Positions 1 through 12,662 of a stretch of 64,000 bases of DNA are shown here, piece after piece. This DNA comes from Gnetum montanum (Eukaryota; Plantae; Gnetophyta). How positions within the stretch are numbered: position 1 is the first letter of the stretch; every line of letters begins with the position of its first letter. Below the pieces are notes generated by a model. It did no database searches. It was not told where the DNA came from and saw nothing but the letters and a program-made list of their open reading frames with translations. A program made the position numbers and the translations under genes. The stretch spans positions 88,570 through 152,569 of the forward strand of contig MNCI01002435.1 in NCBI GenBank assembly GCA_015680685.1, given 5' to 3'.

Positions 1-1761
1 ACATTGTCTCAAAAACATGATCGATTCTATGAGTTGGCCAAGAACCCAGCTTTAGCAATAGTTAATGAGCCTCCCATTCCAAGAGGCTTTAGGTTGGACA
101 GGTTTTGCGAATATCACCAATGGTGTGGGCACAAAACTGACTACTGTTTCACCTTAAAACAGGATATACAACACATGATTGATAAGGGTGAAATTGTATT
201 TGATGAGGCAAACCCAGTAGGGCCCCAAAACCAACCCATGGGAGTCTACAAGGATCCTCTTAATACTAATGATGCACCATATGTGATTAACACTATCCAT
301 GTGGAGAACGGATAGGACATCTTGCGAAAACCTTTTGTAATCTGCAGGCCCTCTGAAAATACACCTACCTCAACACCTCCTCAAACTCCTTTCATCATAT
401 GCACATTCCCCGCACCACAAAAACCATTCATCATCAGCGTACCCCCTTCTGTTGCAGAAGCAATCACACCATTGGAAACCCAGCCCACTCCCTTCTTGAT
501 TCAGGTGCCGAAACAACCTAATGTGCAACCCCCTACCATTTTCCCGCAAACCCTACGAGAGCGTCTTGCTGACAAGCTGACATGAGAGCTCCTAGAGAAG
601 GAACATCATGAGCGCGAAGTAGGACCACCAAAGCCCATATCGCTAAATGCTGTTCCTATGGGTCCATCCACTAGTGAGCCTAGCACAAGTCACCAAGACA
701 AGAATACTAGTACTCCCAAGGTCCCAAACTCAACATCCCCAGTTGCCAATGCAAAAATCCCTCTACGAGAGATAAAAATGCTAGGTCAAATGGACCAAGT
801 CTCCACAGATAAGGGTGCCCCAAATGGTAAAGATCTAGCGAGTGCATTGACTCAAGTCACATAGGCTTTGAAACAAAAGAATACTTCCTTAAGCCCATAT
901 CATCTAGTAATGACTTGAACTATACATTGAGAAGCACTTGTGCGTATGTTGACTTTGATCCCTATTAGTGAGGACCTTCCTGCAGACAAGCTGTCTATTT
1001 ATGCAATACTATCCCCACAACCTCAAGAATCGAGGACCACATTCCTAGAGTTTTGTGCTAATGACATCAAGCAGGATGAAAAAATTGAAAAGGTTATTAC
1101 AGCCCCTATGTTCATAACGATACAAGTCAACCATTTCAAAATACGCAGGGTGCATGTCGATGATGGCATGACAACGAATGTAAGATCCTTCCCTGTCATC
1201 GAGAAACTAGGGCTTATAGAATAAATACAGCCCACAACAACTTCTTTCTTAAAATCCTTCAATGGTTCTCATGCTGTGGTGAAAGGTATGGTTACCTTGG
1301 GTTTCATAGTAAGAGATCAATTCCCCACATCAGCTAAATTCGTAGTGGTCGACGAAATGTCGGGGTTCAATCTAATTTTAGGACATCCTTAGCTAGCTCA
1401 ACTTGGAGCCATGTCCCCACCAATCCATCAAGAGATTCACCTACCTTATGAGGGTGGTGAGATCATCATACATGGCGATACAACAACATCACTTACTTCC
1501 CCATACTCGGGAATGGATCAAGGGTCAAAAATTGAATTATTTGAGCCTAAACAAGGAACCATGAGTATACTTTAAGACATGAACCCAATGTTAACTCATG
1601 ATCCTAATAAAATTGAGGAAGCACCGGACAACAAAAACATAGGAGCCATTCCCACTGACGTCTCTTGGTCAAAGCTACCCTTTAACAACACTAGTGAAGG
1701 GGAAGGTGAGTATAAGATCGTGCCTACAAGCGATCAAAAAGCAACTCAATGGGTAGGGTGA
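1..1761 (+). pseudogene. gag-pro: Degenerate gag C-terminus + aspartic protease of element A
   Basis: Cys/His knuckle FCEYHQWCGHKTDYC; protease RRVHVDDGMTTNV and FNLILG; multiple in-frame stops; colinear with B and C. Confidence 0.9.
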
Positions 1762-1773
1762 ACTACCCCCAAG

Positions 1774-2015
1774 CATCCAAAATGATGTTAAACTACCAAT
1801 CATCTAGTACGACGTTAAACTGCCAACAAACATCTGCAATGACGTTAAACTAGCCATGGTTAGAAATGGCTGGTTCCTTTTAAAGCTCCCTAAAACTATT
1901 ATTGCTTTTGGCCCACTATGACCTAAAACTGGTAATCCTTCTTTCTTTAACATAGATGTGATAGTCCATCATGACTTTAAATTGATGTACACAGCCCGAA
2001 ATGGCTTTAAACTAG
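1774..2015 (+). ncRNA. Cluster of ~6 coremin-like pseudoknot/hairpin motifs just after the gag-pro stop
   Basis: Examples: gtacgacgttaaactgc, ggcccactatgacctaaaactggt, tagtccatcatgactttaaattgatg, agcccgaaatggctttaaactag. Confidence 0.6.
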
Positions 2016-2352
2016 AGCTAGCATGTTATAAATTCACGAACTCTTGTTATGTTACATTAAATTTTCATTTACAAGTTACAAGTTACAATTCCAATTCATG
2101 CCTTCTCATTACTTTCTTTTTTTACAAATATTTGATTCACGTTTTGTTCTCTCATTTTACATTCACTACACACATATCTTCATGATAATACTTAAGAAAA
2201 AAAATAAAAAGAGAAAACATATAAAATAAAAAAAAAATATTGAATGTCAATATGGTTATAAAATTCCAACACATTATGCCATGATTAGATCCATATTATT
2301 ACATTTGTCCATGTTTCCATCAAACATCCAAAAAAAATCCAAAACATTAAGC

Positions 2353-5300
2353 TCATGGAGGGGGATAGTCCCCAAGATCCTCTTCATCATCTGCTCTTGC
2401 CCCACTAGGGCTAGCTCCATCATTAGCATGTCCCTATAATAGAACAAAAAAACAAAAAAAAAACAAGCAAGAGTTATAAAGCAAATCATGAATGCAAAAC
2501 TAAAAAAAATAGTAACACTAACAATGAAAACAATAAAACCATACAAAAATAAGCACCATAATAAAACACTTACAAGTGAGGAAGGCCTTAGGTTGGCCTC
2601 TAAACGTCATAGAATCTCCTCCTCGGGCACATTTGCCCAATCCTCCTCCAGGCCAAGATCAATACCAATCAAGGTTTTACCCTTGTCCACCGAGGTCCAA
2701 GCAGGGCGTTCAAGAGAGAACATGCCTATCGATGCCTCCCCGAAAGTGGTGGTAATGGTTCTCTCGAGAGATCCCTCCACCTCTGTGCACTCAGCAAACC
2801 TATCGTAAGTAGGACGCAAGCCTAGCCCATCAATGAACATTTCCATTCGACGATGTTCAACTGACTCCTCCTTTAACCATTTCTTATACTAATGCTTGTG
2901 ATCCTTTTGGTCTTGATACCACTTCCGTACTTTAGTAGCAATGGATTTCCAATCGTGACATTTCCTGTTCAACAAATCCATCCGTGCCCTTTGTTCCACT
3001 AAATCCCGTGTCACCTGCACTTTGTTGTTCAAAACTATCCAGTAACGTGCATAGGTGATCTCAGATGTGCACCAAGTACTATCACCAGACAACATAGCAG
3101 CAGCAAAATCATAACAGGATTAGAGATCCCTCTTCTCCTCTCTCTCCTTTATCAGTGCTTCCTTTAATGAGTGCACCTCGTCCCATAGATACTCAACTGA
3201 ACACCTACAAGTCCAAAGATACTTAGTGTTTTGTACGTGCAACTAGAAACTACATCGTAAACTTTTCTAGGGACTTGCTCAATATTCCCTGGCAATTCAA
3301 GGAGAGCATCAATATGAGTAGCCTTAGAAGGATCCCATTGAAGCTTGGCGCCTACAGGTGTAAGTATTGTGCACATGAATCAACTATAATAAAAAAAATG
3401 AATGCAAAGAAACACAATAAACCCAAACACTTAGCATAATACATAATAGACATATACCTAGTTCTAGATGAGCTTGTTGTAGGTGAGCGACCACATCATT
3501 AACGATGCCTGTGACAAAGTCTGTTTTACTAAGCATCTCATGCCATGGTCTTAGCTGGTCAATAGAGGTGGGACAAGCATGAGAGGTCATCCCAATTGGG
3601 GCCTATGACCTTGACACCTCTGCCCAAGATGTATGGGCCTCAGAAACCTCTGCATCTACCTCTGATGCTAGAAATAATCAAGATAATCAAGAACAAAAAA
3701 TGAAAATTAAAGGATACAAAAATATGGATTAAGCTGAAAGGAACATACCAAAAATTCCTTTACTGGTTAGCTTGGGAGGATCGCCAAGTTGCAAAGATCC
3801 ATTGAAGAAACCATCAAAGACACCTCTCTCATAGCTTGAATGCCTAAGTGCGTCCAAGGCCTCTGCAAGTTTCATCCCCATGATGCTTGTCACATCTTCC
3901 TCTTGTGGGGTAGGAAGTTCCTCGATTACTTCTTTTCCCTCTTTTCCTTCTTCCTCTGGCCCTATGACAACCACTTCTAGTTCAACCATCGGGGCCAAGG
4001 CTTCTCTCTCCTTCTCAGGACTTTCCTATTATAACACTAGAATCCTAGTGTTAGTATGACATAGCATATACGTATGTTTAATAAACATATAAACCAAAAG
4101 AATAAGCAAAAGAAAAAATGTAAATATATAACAGTAAAATAAAATATTTATCCTCCACTAGCAGTACAAAGCGGATTCTCTTCGCTTTTGGTGGTCTCAC
4201 CTCTAGGGTAGGCTCCCTTGGGTGTTCATTTCTCTTCACCTTCGCCTTGGATCTCCTAATGGTCTCACGGATCAGACGTTCAGCCCCTATAACAAATGTG
4301 TGCAATATAGACAGTTCCAATCCCAAGCTATCACGAGAATGATGGGAACAACTAGCTGCACCCCCAGTAGTAATAGACACTAATTCTTCAATGCCTTCGG
4401 GTGGGTCCTGAGATCTAATGGTGCTAAACAAATGGCGAATCCAGGTGCAGGACAACTATGAACGATCCCTCAATATATAATGACTATCATCATAAACTAC
4501 TAGGAACTCAAAAAACCTATGTAGGTACCCCACGAAGAAAGCAAATGTGAAGTGGGATTTGGCATTGATGTTTGACTGTAATCTGACAATCTCTCCATGA
4601 AAGCCAGATCCAAGAAACTGTGCCTAGTTGTAATTCATACCTATCTCTAGCACTACACGTATGACACGTGCAAACTCGATCCCAAGGTTTCTTTCTTGAG
4701 AAAGAGATTTAGGGAATGCCCGTGCCTGGAAGAGAGGATACAAGATGTTCACCTCCATTGATCGGGTGTCATCTTGCATGGAAAAACCTTTAGGACTACG
4801 AGATACACCTAACCACTCTTCAAGATCTTTTATGACCTAACCTTCTTTAGTTGCTTTATCTATGGCCACCCTGGCACCATCCGTGGGCACACCAAAGAGA
4901 TCGGAAAGGAACTCGGTGCTCAGGTGGAAAGATACCTTGACTCCTCGAACCCGTGTAGTAAAATGGGAAGCATCATCACTAAAAGAATCAACAATGGTGA
5001 TCATCTTAGTCGTCGGAACATTAGAAGTCAAAGCAGTAAACAAGTCCATCAGATCTGCCTGGGTAAGGTGCTTGATTATCAAATCAGGAGCTTTCATCTA
5101 CAACCATTATTATGACTGTTCTACCTCCCCATATTTCATAAAAAGGGTGGCCTCAGTATGCCCTGATACGATGGTAACTTCATCAGAAGAGACCGTCGCT
5201 GTAGAAAAAAAACATAGAGTGAAAGATTAGAAACATAGCACATGATGATGCAACAAAAAGAAAATGGAGTCTAGAGTGTGATCATTTACCATCAATAAAT

Positions 5301-7400
5301 GGCATAGGCACATTAGGTGCAGGATCAATTCTCCAAGGAAAAATTGGCCCATTAGAGGACCAATCCTCATGCAACCAACCACGAACTTGACAACATTCAA
5401 AAGCCCTTGAAAATTACCTATGGTAGTCAACAATAGCCGCTTTTTTCTAGTGTAGTACTGTAGCACGAAGAATGGCGCCCACCATGAATGCCTCCAACGC
5501 TTTGTGCGCTAAGGCAAGCCCATCGTCATCATCATGCATCTCATTCTCATCAGAATGAGGATTGCATAGAAAAAGAATATTTATGCATAGAAAATGATAT
5601 AATCTTAAAAGAATCAAAATTTAAGTAAAGCATAGAAGAGCATACCTGTCTACTCTATACATTGTCCCAGGTAGGTTCTGGAATAGAGTGTGCACACAGA
5701 AGGCTAGGAAAAGTGTGTTACTGCTATTATAATGACTGCAAGTAGGTAGCTCCCACACATGAGTAAAGGGACAAGTAGATCTAAGGCCCTTAGAAGGGCC
5801 TCCCTCAACTGTAAAAAGTCTCTCATCTATGTCAGTAATGAAGGAAAGCATGTCTTGTGTAGACCCAGGCAACATGGTTTCAATGATATCACAAGCCAAC
5901 TGCTCACTCAAATGAGACCATATAATCACGCTAAAATTTTGCAAAATGAATGACAGAAATGAACCAACACCGGGACAAAACCATATCACATGATGCCCAA
6001 TGCGCATGTCATAAGGAGGTACGTTCGGTCCAAAGGGGCCAAACCAAGCAAGTACAGCCAAAAAGGGTTTAGGTCCCCTGCATACAACCAAAAATTTTAA
6101 GTGAGCAAAGAGTCCAACTGCTCAAAATGATTTAAAACCACATAAATCAAAACATAAATAATAGTTAGTACACAACTTCACCCCATGAGACAAGGACACC
6201 AATATTTATTCAATGTATTTAACACTCGCTAGGGTTAATTGAAATTTCTTTTACACAGTAGTTTATTGTAGGCAACGTAAAATGAATACACAAGTGTAAA
6301 AACGTGAACATTCACAGATTCAACATAAACTTAGAAAAAACATAGAAACATATTTAAATTATTTGTCTCAAGAAAATAATAAACAATGTAGACATAAAAC
6401 CAGCAAATAATAAACATCTCAGCAAACAATCCACATCTTCATGCTATTGGGAACTCACACTACAGCTTCCCAGCAACTCACGCTAAGCCTAATCCCAATA
6501 ACTCACGCTACTAAACCTCACGTTGTGCCTGTCTTCTCCTAGGCACTCATGCTGGGGTTTCCTTGGGTTACTCATGCTGCAGGAACTCACGATGTGCCTG
6601 TCTCCCGGGCACTCACGCTGGGGTTTCCTTGGCTTACTCACGTTGCCTGTAGCTCATGCTGCCCAAGAAGCCCTGGCACTCACACTAGAAACTAACCCTA
6701 GCCTGCACTCACACTGAGCCTCCCTTTGGTTGTCGCACTGCCCTGGAGAGGTCACACTACCAGAAAAAACAAAGCCTCCCCTACAACGCAGCTCACGCTG
6801 CCAAAAAAACCAAGCCTCCCCTACAACATAGCTCACACCGCCAAAAACAAAAAAAATAGGCCTCCCCCTGCAATGCAGCTACTGCCCAGGATATCCCTGA
6901 CAAACACAACGTGCTCACCCCAGTGAACAAAATGTAAAGAAATCCAGCTCGCCCTACACAAGCCTCATGCACGACCTGGGTCATTCACGCTCTGGATCAT
7001 TCACGCCCTGGATTACTCATGTTGACACCATAAAAATCAAAAAACAGTAAGCCACAAGCTCCAGAAATAAGCCCTAAATCCCTAAAACATCCCAAAATCA
7101 TGGCCATAGAAATCATGCTGCCCTAGCTAATGCTGTGTGCGGAATATCGAAGAAAAAAACAAGAGGAAACAAACCCACCTGCGCAGAGCTCCATCCCATG
7201 CTGGAACCCTAGCCTAAGGGAGATGCTAAAGTACCTCTTTGCTCTCCTCCACAAACATCAGATTTTCTTGCCTCTTCCCTTTGCCTAGGCTTGCCTTCCC
7301 TTTGCCCTTCATGGCTCACGTTGACGCTCACACTGCACCTCATGCTACACTCCCCAGCTCACACTGCAATCCAAAGCCAACAACTCACGCGAGCACAAAT
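2353..7400 (-). pseudogene. Multi-exon antisense accessory gene inside element A (Transposase_32/Athila-ORF-like domain plus coiled-coil C-terminus), degenerate
   Basis: Minus-strand exons ~7400-7179, ~5930-5646, ~5561-5290, 5198-4152, 4025-3749, 3667-3458, 3383-2574 and 2433-2353, bounded by GT..AG sites (two sites one transition away). Peptide TTRVRGVKVSFHLSTEFLSDLFGVPTDG. Homologous to C 55623-57869. Confidence 0.75.
6460..7395. repeat. Dense array of CTCACGCT/CTCATGCT/CTCACACT motifs with short tandem duplications
   Basis: Dozens of ctcacg/ctcatg/ctcaca copies; duplicated units tgtgcctgtct..ggcactca(t/c)gctggggtttccttgg and aagcctcccctacaac. Confidence 0.75.
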
Positions 7401-7789
7401 GACGCTCCCCCCCCCTCGTCACTTCAAAACCTTTCTTAAACCCCTAATATTTAATTTAATTTAATTTAAATTCTTTTATTTATTTAAATTTACCATGTTT
7501 CATGTTTAAATTTTGTTTTCTTGTTATTATTTATGTCATCTTTATTTCATGCTTGTTTAGCATTCCTCATCATTCCATCCTCAGGAGATGAATCCAAAAA
7601 AAAGATATATAAAAAGGAAAGGGGAGAAAACATATAAAAATACATAATGAAGCACATGAAAATCCATAGGACTTTAAAATCCTTTAAATTTATGGTTCAC
7701 ACGAAATCAACAATGCTCTATACACTGATCCAAAATGACAAATTGACATGAATATTATTGGCTCGGTACGGTCTAAAACTGCCATAACT

Positions 7790-10700
7790 ACTGCTACGTC
7801 CCACAATTTTGTTAGTACATAGATTAATTACCCAATGCCCATTTACATTTAACNNNNNNNNNNNNNNNNNNNNNNNNNNNNNNNNNNNNNNNNNNNNNNN
7901 NNNNNNNNNNNNNNNNNNNNNNNNNNNNNNNNNNNNNNNNNNNNNNNNNNNNNNNNNNNNNNNNNNNNNNNNNNNNNNNNNNNAAAGACAATATAAAAAC
8001 ATTTGCATGGTCATATACCAACATGCTAGGATTGGACCCTTGAATCATCCAACACAACATCATTCTTGATGGAGAAATCAGACCGGTGAAGCAAAAAGCA
8101 CAAAAGGTTAAACCTAAGGTAGCGTTAACAATTTGTGCTAAAATCACAAAGCTCTACCAAACCAGTTTCATTCGTGTTGTTGACTATTCTGATTGGGTAT
8201 CAAACATTGTCTTAGTCCCTAAGAAGAACGATAGTATACGCATATGCATTGACTTCAGTGATCTCAACACAGCCACTATAAATGATGACTTCCCGCTACC
8301 TAGCATTGATCAACTTAGTGACACAACTGCTAGGCATGCGCACTATTATCCTTTATGGATGGATTTCCATAATACAATCAAATAAGAATCAACCCAAAAC
8401 ATCAACTCAGAACAACCTTTATGACACCTTGGGCAAGATTCTGCTATACAATGATGTCGTTTGGTCTTAAAAATGCAGGTGCTACATATCAATGAGCAAT
8501 GACATATATATTTAGTGATTACATGCTCAATTTGTTCAATGATTATGTTGACGACATTGTGGTTAAATCTAAAACAACCGAACAGCATGCAAAAGATCTA
8601 GACTTAGTGCTTAAACGTTGTCTCAAATATGACCTTAGGCTCAACCCAAAGAAGTGTGTCTTTGCTGTTAAAACAAGAAAAATTCTTAGCTTCGTAGTCT
8701 CTGGAACAAGGATATGGTTAGACCCTGACAAGGTTAAGGCAATAATTAACATGCAACCACCAAAAAACCTTTCCGAACTACGTGGTCTTCAAGGTAGATT
8801 GGGATTCATTAGACGCTTTATCAAAAGACTAACAGATAATTTGAGACCCATGCAACACCTATTACAAAAGAATGTGCATTTCCAATGGACTCAACAATGC
8901 TAGGAAGCATCCAAAAACATAAAACAAGAGCTGGCTCAACTGCCAACCATTTATCCCCTACAAAGTGATAAATCCTTCTACATCTACCTTGCAACTTCCG
9001 ATTCTTCCATTGCATCTATGCTTTGTCAAAAATGTAAAGATGGAGTCGAGGTCCCTATATATTACCTAAGCCACGCTCTAATTGCTTATGAACAAAGATA
9101 CAACGACGTGGAGAAATCATGCCTTGCCCTTGTCTTCTCCTTGAAGAAATGGCAGCATTATCTCTTCCATAATCAAGTTTACATCATTTGCAAGAATAAT
9201 GTATTCTGCGCCATCACTAACAACATCTATGAGTCGAGTAGGATAGCTAGGTGGAAAGCGATGATCGCAAAGTTTGACTTACACTATGTCACTCAATCTT
9301 CCACAAAAGGTCAAGCAATAGTCACATAATTAATCGTCTCGCCAATGCATGATCAAGCAACGATAAACCCTAAATTCCCCGATGAGAATGTTAATAGTAT
9401 AGACACCGTACCTGATAACTACAAGTTAACACTTTATTTCGATGGAGCTTCAACTTCTCGAGGAGGAAGTGCTACGACCATTTTAACATACCCCTTCTGA
9501 GAAATCAAACCCTTTGTGTACCGATTAACCTTTTCCTACACCAATAATGTGGCAAAATACGAATGCCTTCTTAGAGGTCTTCGGGCAGCATTGACTTCAG
9601 GAATCACACGTCTTGTAGTTCGAGGTGATTTAGAGCTAGTCATTAATCAAGTCATGGAGGTTTATGCATGCAAGGCTCTCCATTTGCAACCATATCGTGA
9701 TTTGACTAAACATTTGTTGAGGTAATTAGTAGAAGTGGATATACAACATGTCCCCAAAAGAGAAAACACCATTGCCAATGCACTTGCTACAATAGCCCTA
9801 AACGTGACACCTGAAATAGTCCATGTGTTGCCTAACTCTATAACAAATTGTGCCGAACCTATAACCAATGGTCTCGATGAGATGCCTATAGCATCCGTTA
9901 GTACAACACATGTAATTGAATGGTACGATGACATAAAATAGTACCTTCTACGAGGTAAACCTCCACAACATTTGACAAATGCTCAAAAAGACGTCGTGCG
10001 AAAACACTCTCGACAATATGCGTTAATAGGAGACACCTTGTGTCGCAAATCCTATGAAGGAATTCTGTTGATGTGCATTAGTAGTATTGATGGTCAAACA
10101 ATTGTAGAACAAGTCCATGAAGGACTTTGTGAAGGGTACATAGCACCTAAAGCAATGACAATAAAGATTAGGCGCTTGGGCTACTACTGGCCACAGTGGA
10201 GTACGATTGCTTCTCCAAGGTTAGGACATGTGACATTTGCCAAAGGCATGGTAACCTAATACATGTGCCACCTAACAAATTTCACACAACACAAATCACA
10301 TGGCCATTCCAAAGATGGGGATTAGACTTAATTGGATTGATAACGCCATCATCCTCTACAAGACATAGTTTCATTATCACTACAACTGAATACTTCACAA
10401 AATGGGTAGAAGCTATTCCCCTTAGGAAGACCACGTTTAAACATGTTTGCACTTTCATAATAGAAAACATTGTGACTCGTTTTGGTATTTCAATGACCAT
10501 CGTTATTGACAATGGGCTACAGTTTAGCAATGCAGATACTAAAAGCTTCTGTGAAAGCCTAGGTATTAAACATGCATTCTCGTCACCTTACTACCTCCAG
10601 AGCAATGGTCAAGCGGAGGCTACAAACAAAACTATCGTCATGGTGCTCAAAAAGATGTTAAATAAGAGCAAAAGATGATGGCACGAACAATTAGTCTATG

Positions 10701-11155
10701 CATTGTGGGCATACAGAACAACACATCGCACATGTATAGGTAAAACTCCATATAGTCTTGTATACGGGTTTGAAGTTGTTTTACCTTTAGAGTTACAGGT
10801 TCCGTCGTTGCGGATAGCTCTCTTAGGCCTCCTCGATGAAAGCTAAACCAATGAAATGCACATTGCTGACCTTGACTTGGTGGAGGAAGAATGTGTACAA
10901 ACACTTGATTAGATCGAGTGGTACCAGAAACAACAACAGCAACGACATAAACACGATCTGCATAAGTGCCCAATTAAAGAAGGAGACCTAGTCCTTAAGG
11001 CCATCTATGAACATCTAGATAAATTCTCAACTAACTAGGAATGACCTTACTTAGTCACCAAGGCATAAAATAACAGAGCATTCAAGCTTGACTTGGATGG
11101 GAATGAGTTCGCTAATCCTACAAATCACCTGTACTTGAAATGGTACTATGTTTGA
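7790..11155 (+). pseudogene. pol: Degenerate pol: RT, RNase H, additional archaeal-type RNase H (aRH), integrase
   Basis: PMPIYI before the gap; AWSY..GLDP; RICIDFSDLN; YVDDIVV; RH EKSCLALV; aRH LYFDGAS..TNNVAKYE..RGDLELVINQ; INT H..H..CDICQ, WGLDLIG, DNGLQF, QSNGQAE; ends LKWYYV*. Frameshifts and stops present. Confidence 0.95.
7854..7983. other. Assembly gap (130 N)
   Basis: Run of n. Confidence 1.
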
Positions 11156-11174
11156 TGAACTTGAGGTACGTAAC

Positions 11175-11502
11175 GGTCTTGGCATCATGACCTAAAACTG
11201 ATACCATAGAATGGTCCAAGGGCTATGACTTGAAACTGGCACCATAGAATTTTTTGGAGTCATGACAATAAACTGATACCACAGAACCTTGTCTAGCATG
11301 ACACTAAACTGCCACATTTGTTCACCATGACGTAAAACTAGCATGCAGAGTCCACTAAGACTATAAACTAGTTTGCCTCTTCACAATCTGCTACGACTAT
11401 AAACTAGCACTACACCATCTGCTACGACGCTAAACTGGCACCGTCCAAAGGGTTATGACGTGAAACTAACCCGCAACAGTCCGCTAAGACTATAAACTGG
11501 TG
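11175..11502 (+). ncRNA. Tandem array of 10 coremin-like pseudoknot motifs at the start of the element A 3'UTR
   Basis: Ten units with conserved nGACnnnAAAC and covarying flanking stems, e.g. cgtccaaagggtta-tgacgtgaaac-taaccc and agtccacta-agactataaac-tagt. Confidence 0.7.
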
Positions 11503-12662
11503 ACATCATCAACGACAAGGCAATACTTGGAAAAATATGTTGATGTAATTGGCTATACCTATTCCACAAAAACTCGCTGCGTAATTTGTCTCACAGACCC
11601 TGATGAAGCTGATGTTTTTCATAACTCTATCTGCTTTGAAAAGTGCACACGATGGATCCATCTCCTTGGTTGTTTTCAAGTTTAAAGTACTTAGTTAACT
11701 AATTCATTTATGGTTTTCTTATCTTCTTGGAGTTGTGTTTGCAGGATGACACACCTGAGGCGTTCGTGCATAGGTGCACTTCATCATGATGGCAAGGTAT
11801 CACATTCTTCCTGATGCACATAACTGGGTTAATCAATCCATTCATAAGTACATTCCCCAACTACTGATACATTCCCTATTCCCCATCGTGTTCCCCTTAT
11901 CCTATTCAATTACACCCCCTAATAGATTCTACTCATCCCGAAGCTCTGGAAACACTATTGCACACTGTGATTCTTTAAGTAATGGCAACGCAAAACACAG
12001 TGCACGGTATATGATACAAATGCAAATGCATGATCACAAGTATAGCATGAAAAGCAAGCTCTTCCAAAAAGAACATAAAAAAAGAAAAGAAAAACAAACA
12101 AAAAAGAAAAAAAGAATAAAAGGATCAAAGAGCAAAATTCATGGAAAAGGTCTTCATGACCCTGTTGACATCATAGACCAAAGACCATTGGCTCTTCTCA
12201 TACAAACCCTAGGCGAGAAGGCAATTGTCTAAGAAAAACAGTTACACTCGTGTCTCAAACAACATCACGTGGCTTTGGTTGTTTACAATGGGCTCTCGTA
12301 AACACTCTACAAGAGTCATGTTTCTCCAAAGAATGCACCTCCTATGTCTTGGTTCCGAGTCTACTAAAAACTAGTTACCGATAAGAACTAAAGATATGGC
12401 TTGTTCATGTGAGAGCATTCCTCTCCCACAATTATAACAGTAATTATAACCCTTGATCAACTCTTGATTTCCCTAGTTACAACCAATCCCCTTGCATCTT
12501 GAACTGCACTTCCCCAATCCCATGTACTTTTGAACATGGTGTGATGACGTCTAGCCAGGGGCTGACGGGTAATGCTTGGTACTTGATTGATCATGGTGTT
12601 TTGTACTTCTTTGTAGACGCCTCTTGGGTGCATTCCTCTAGACGTCAACAAAGAGGGGTCAA

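Noticed and set aside
7718-8147. ORFs spanning the N run
   Set aside because: Artefacts of the assembly gap.
11175-11502. CRISPR-like repeat-spacer appearance of the motif arrays
   Set aside because: Eukaryotic retroelement context, no cas genes, repeats vary with compensatory changes, and spacers are only ~5-20 nt.
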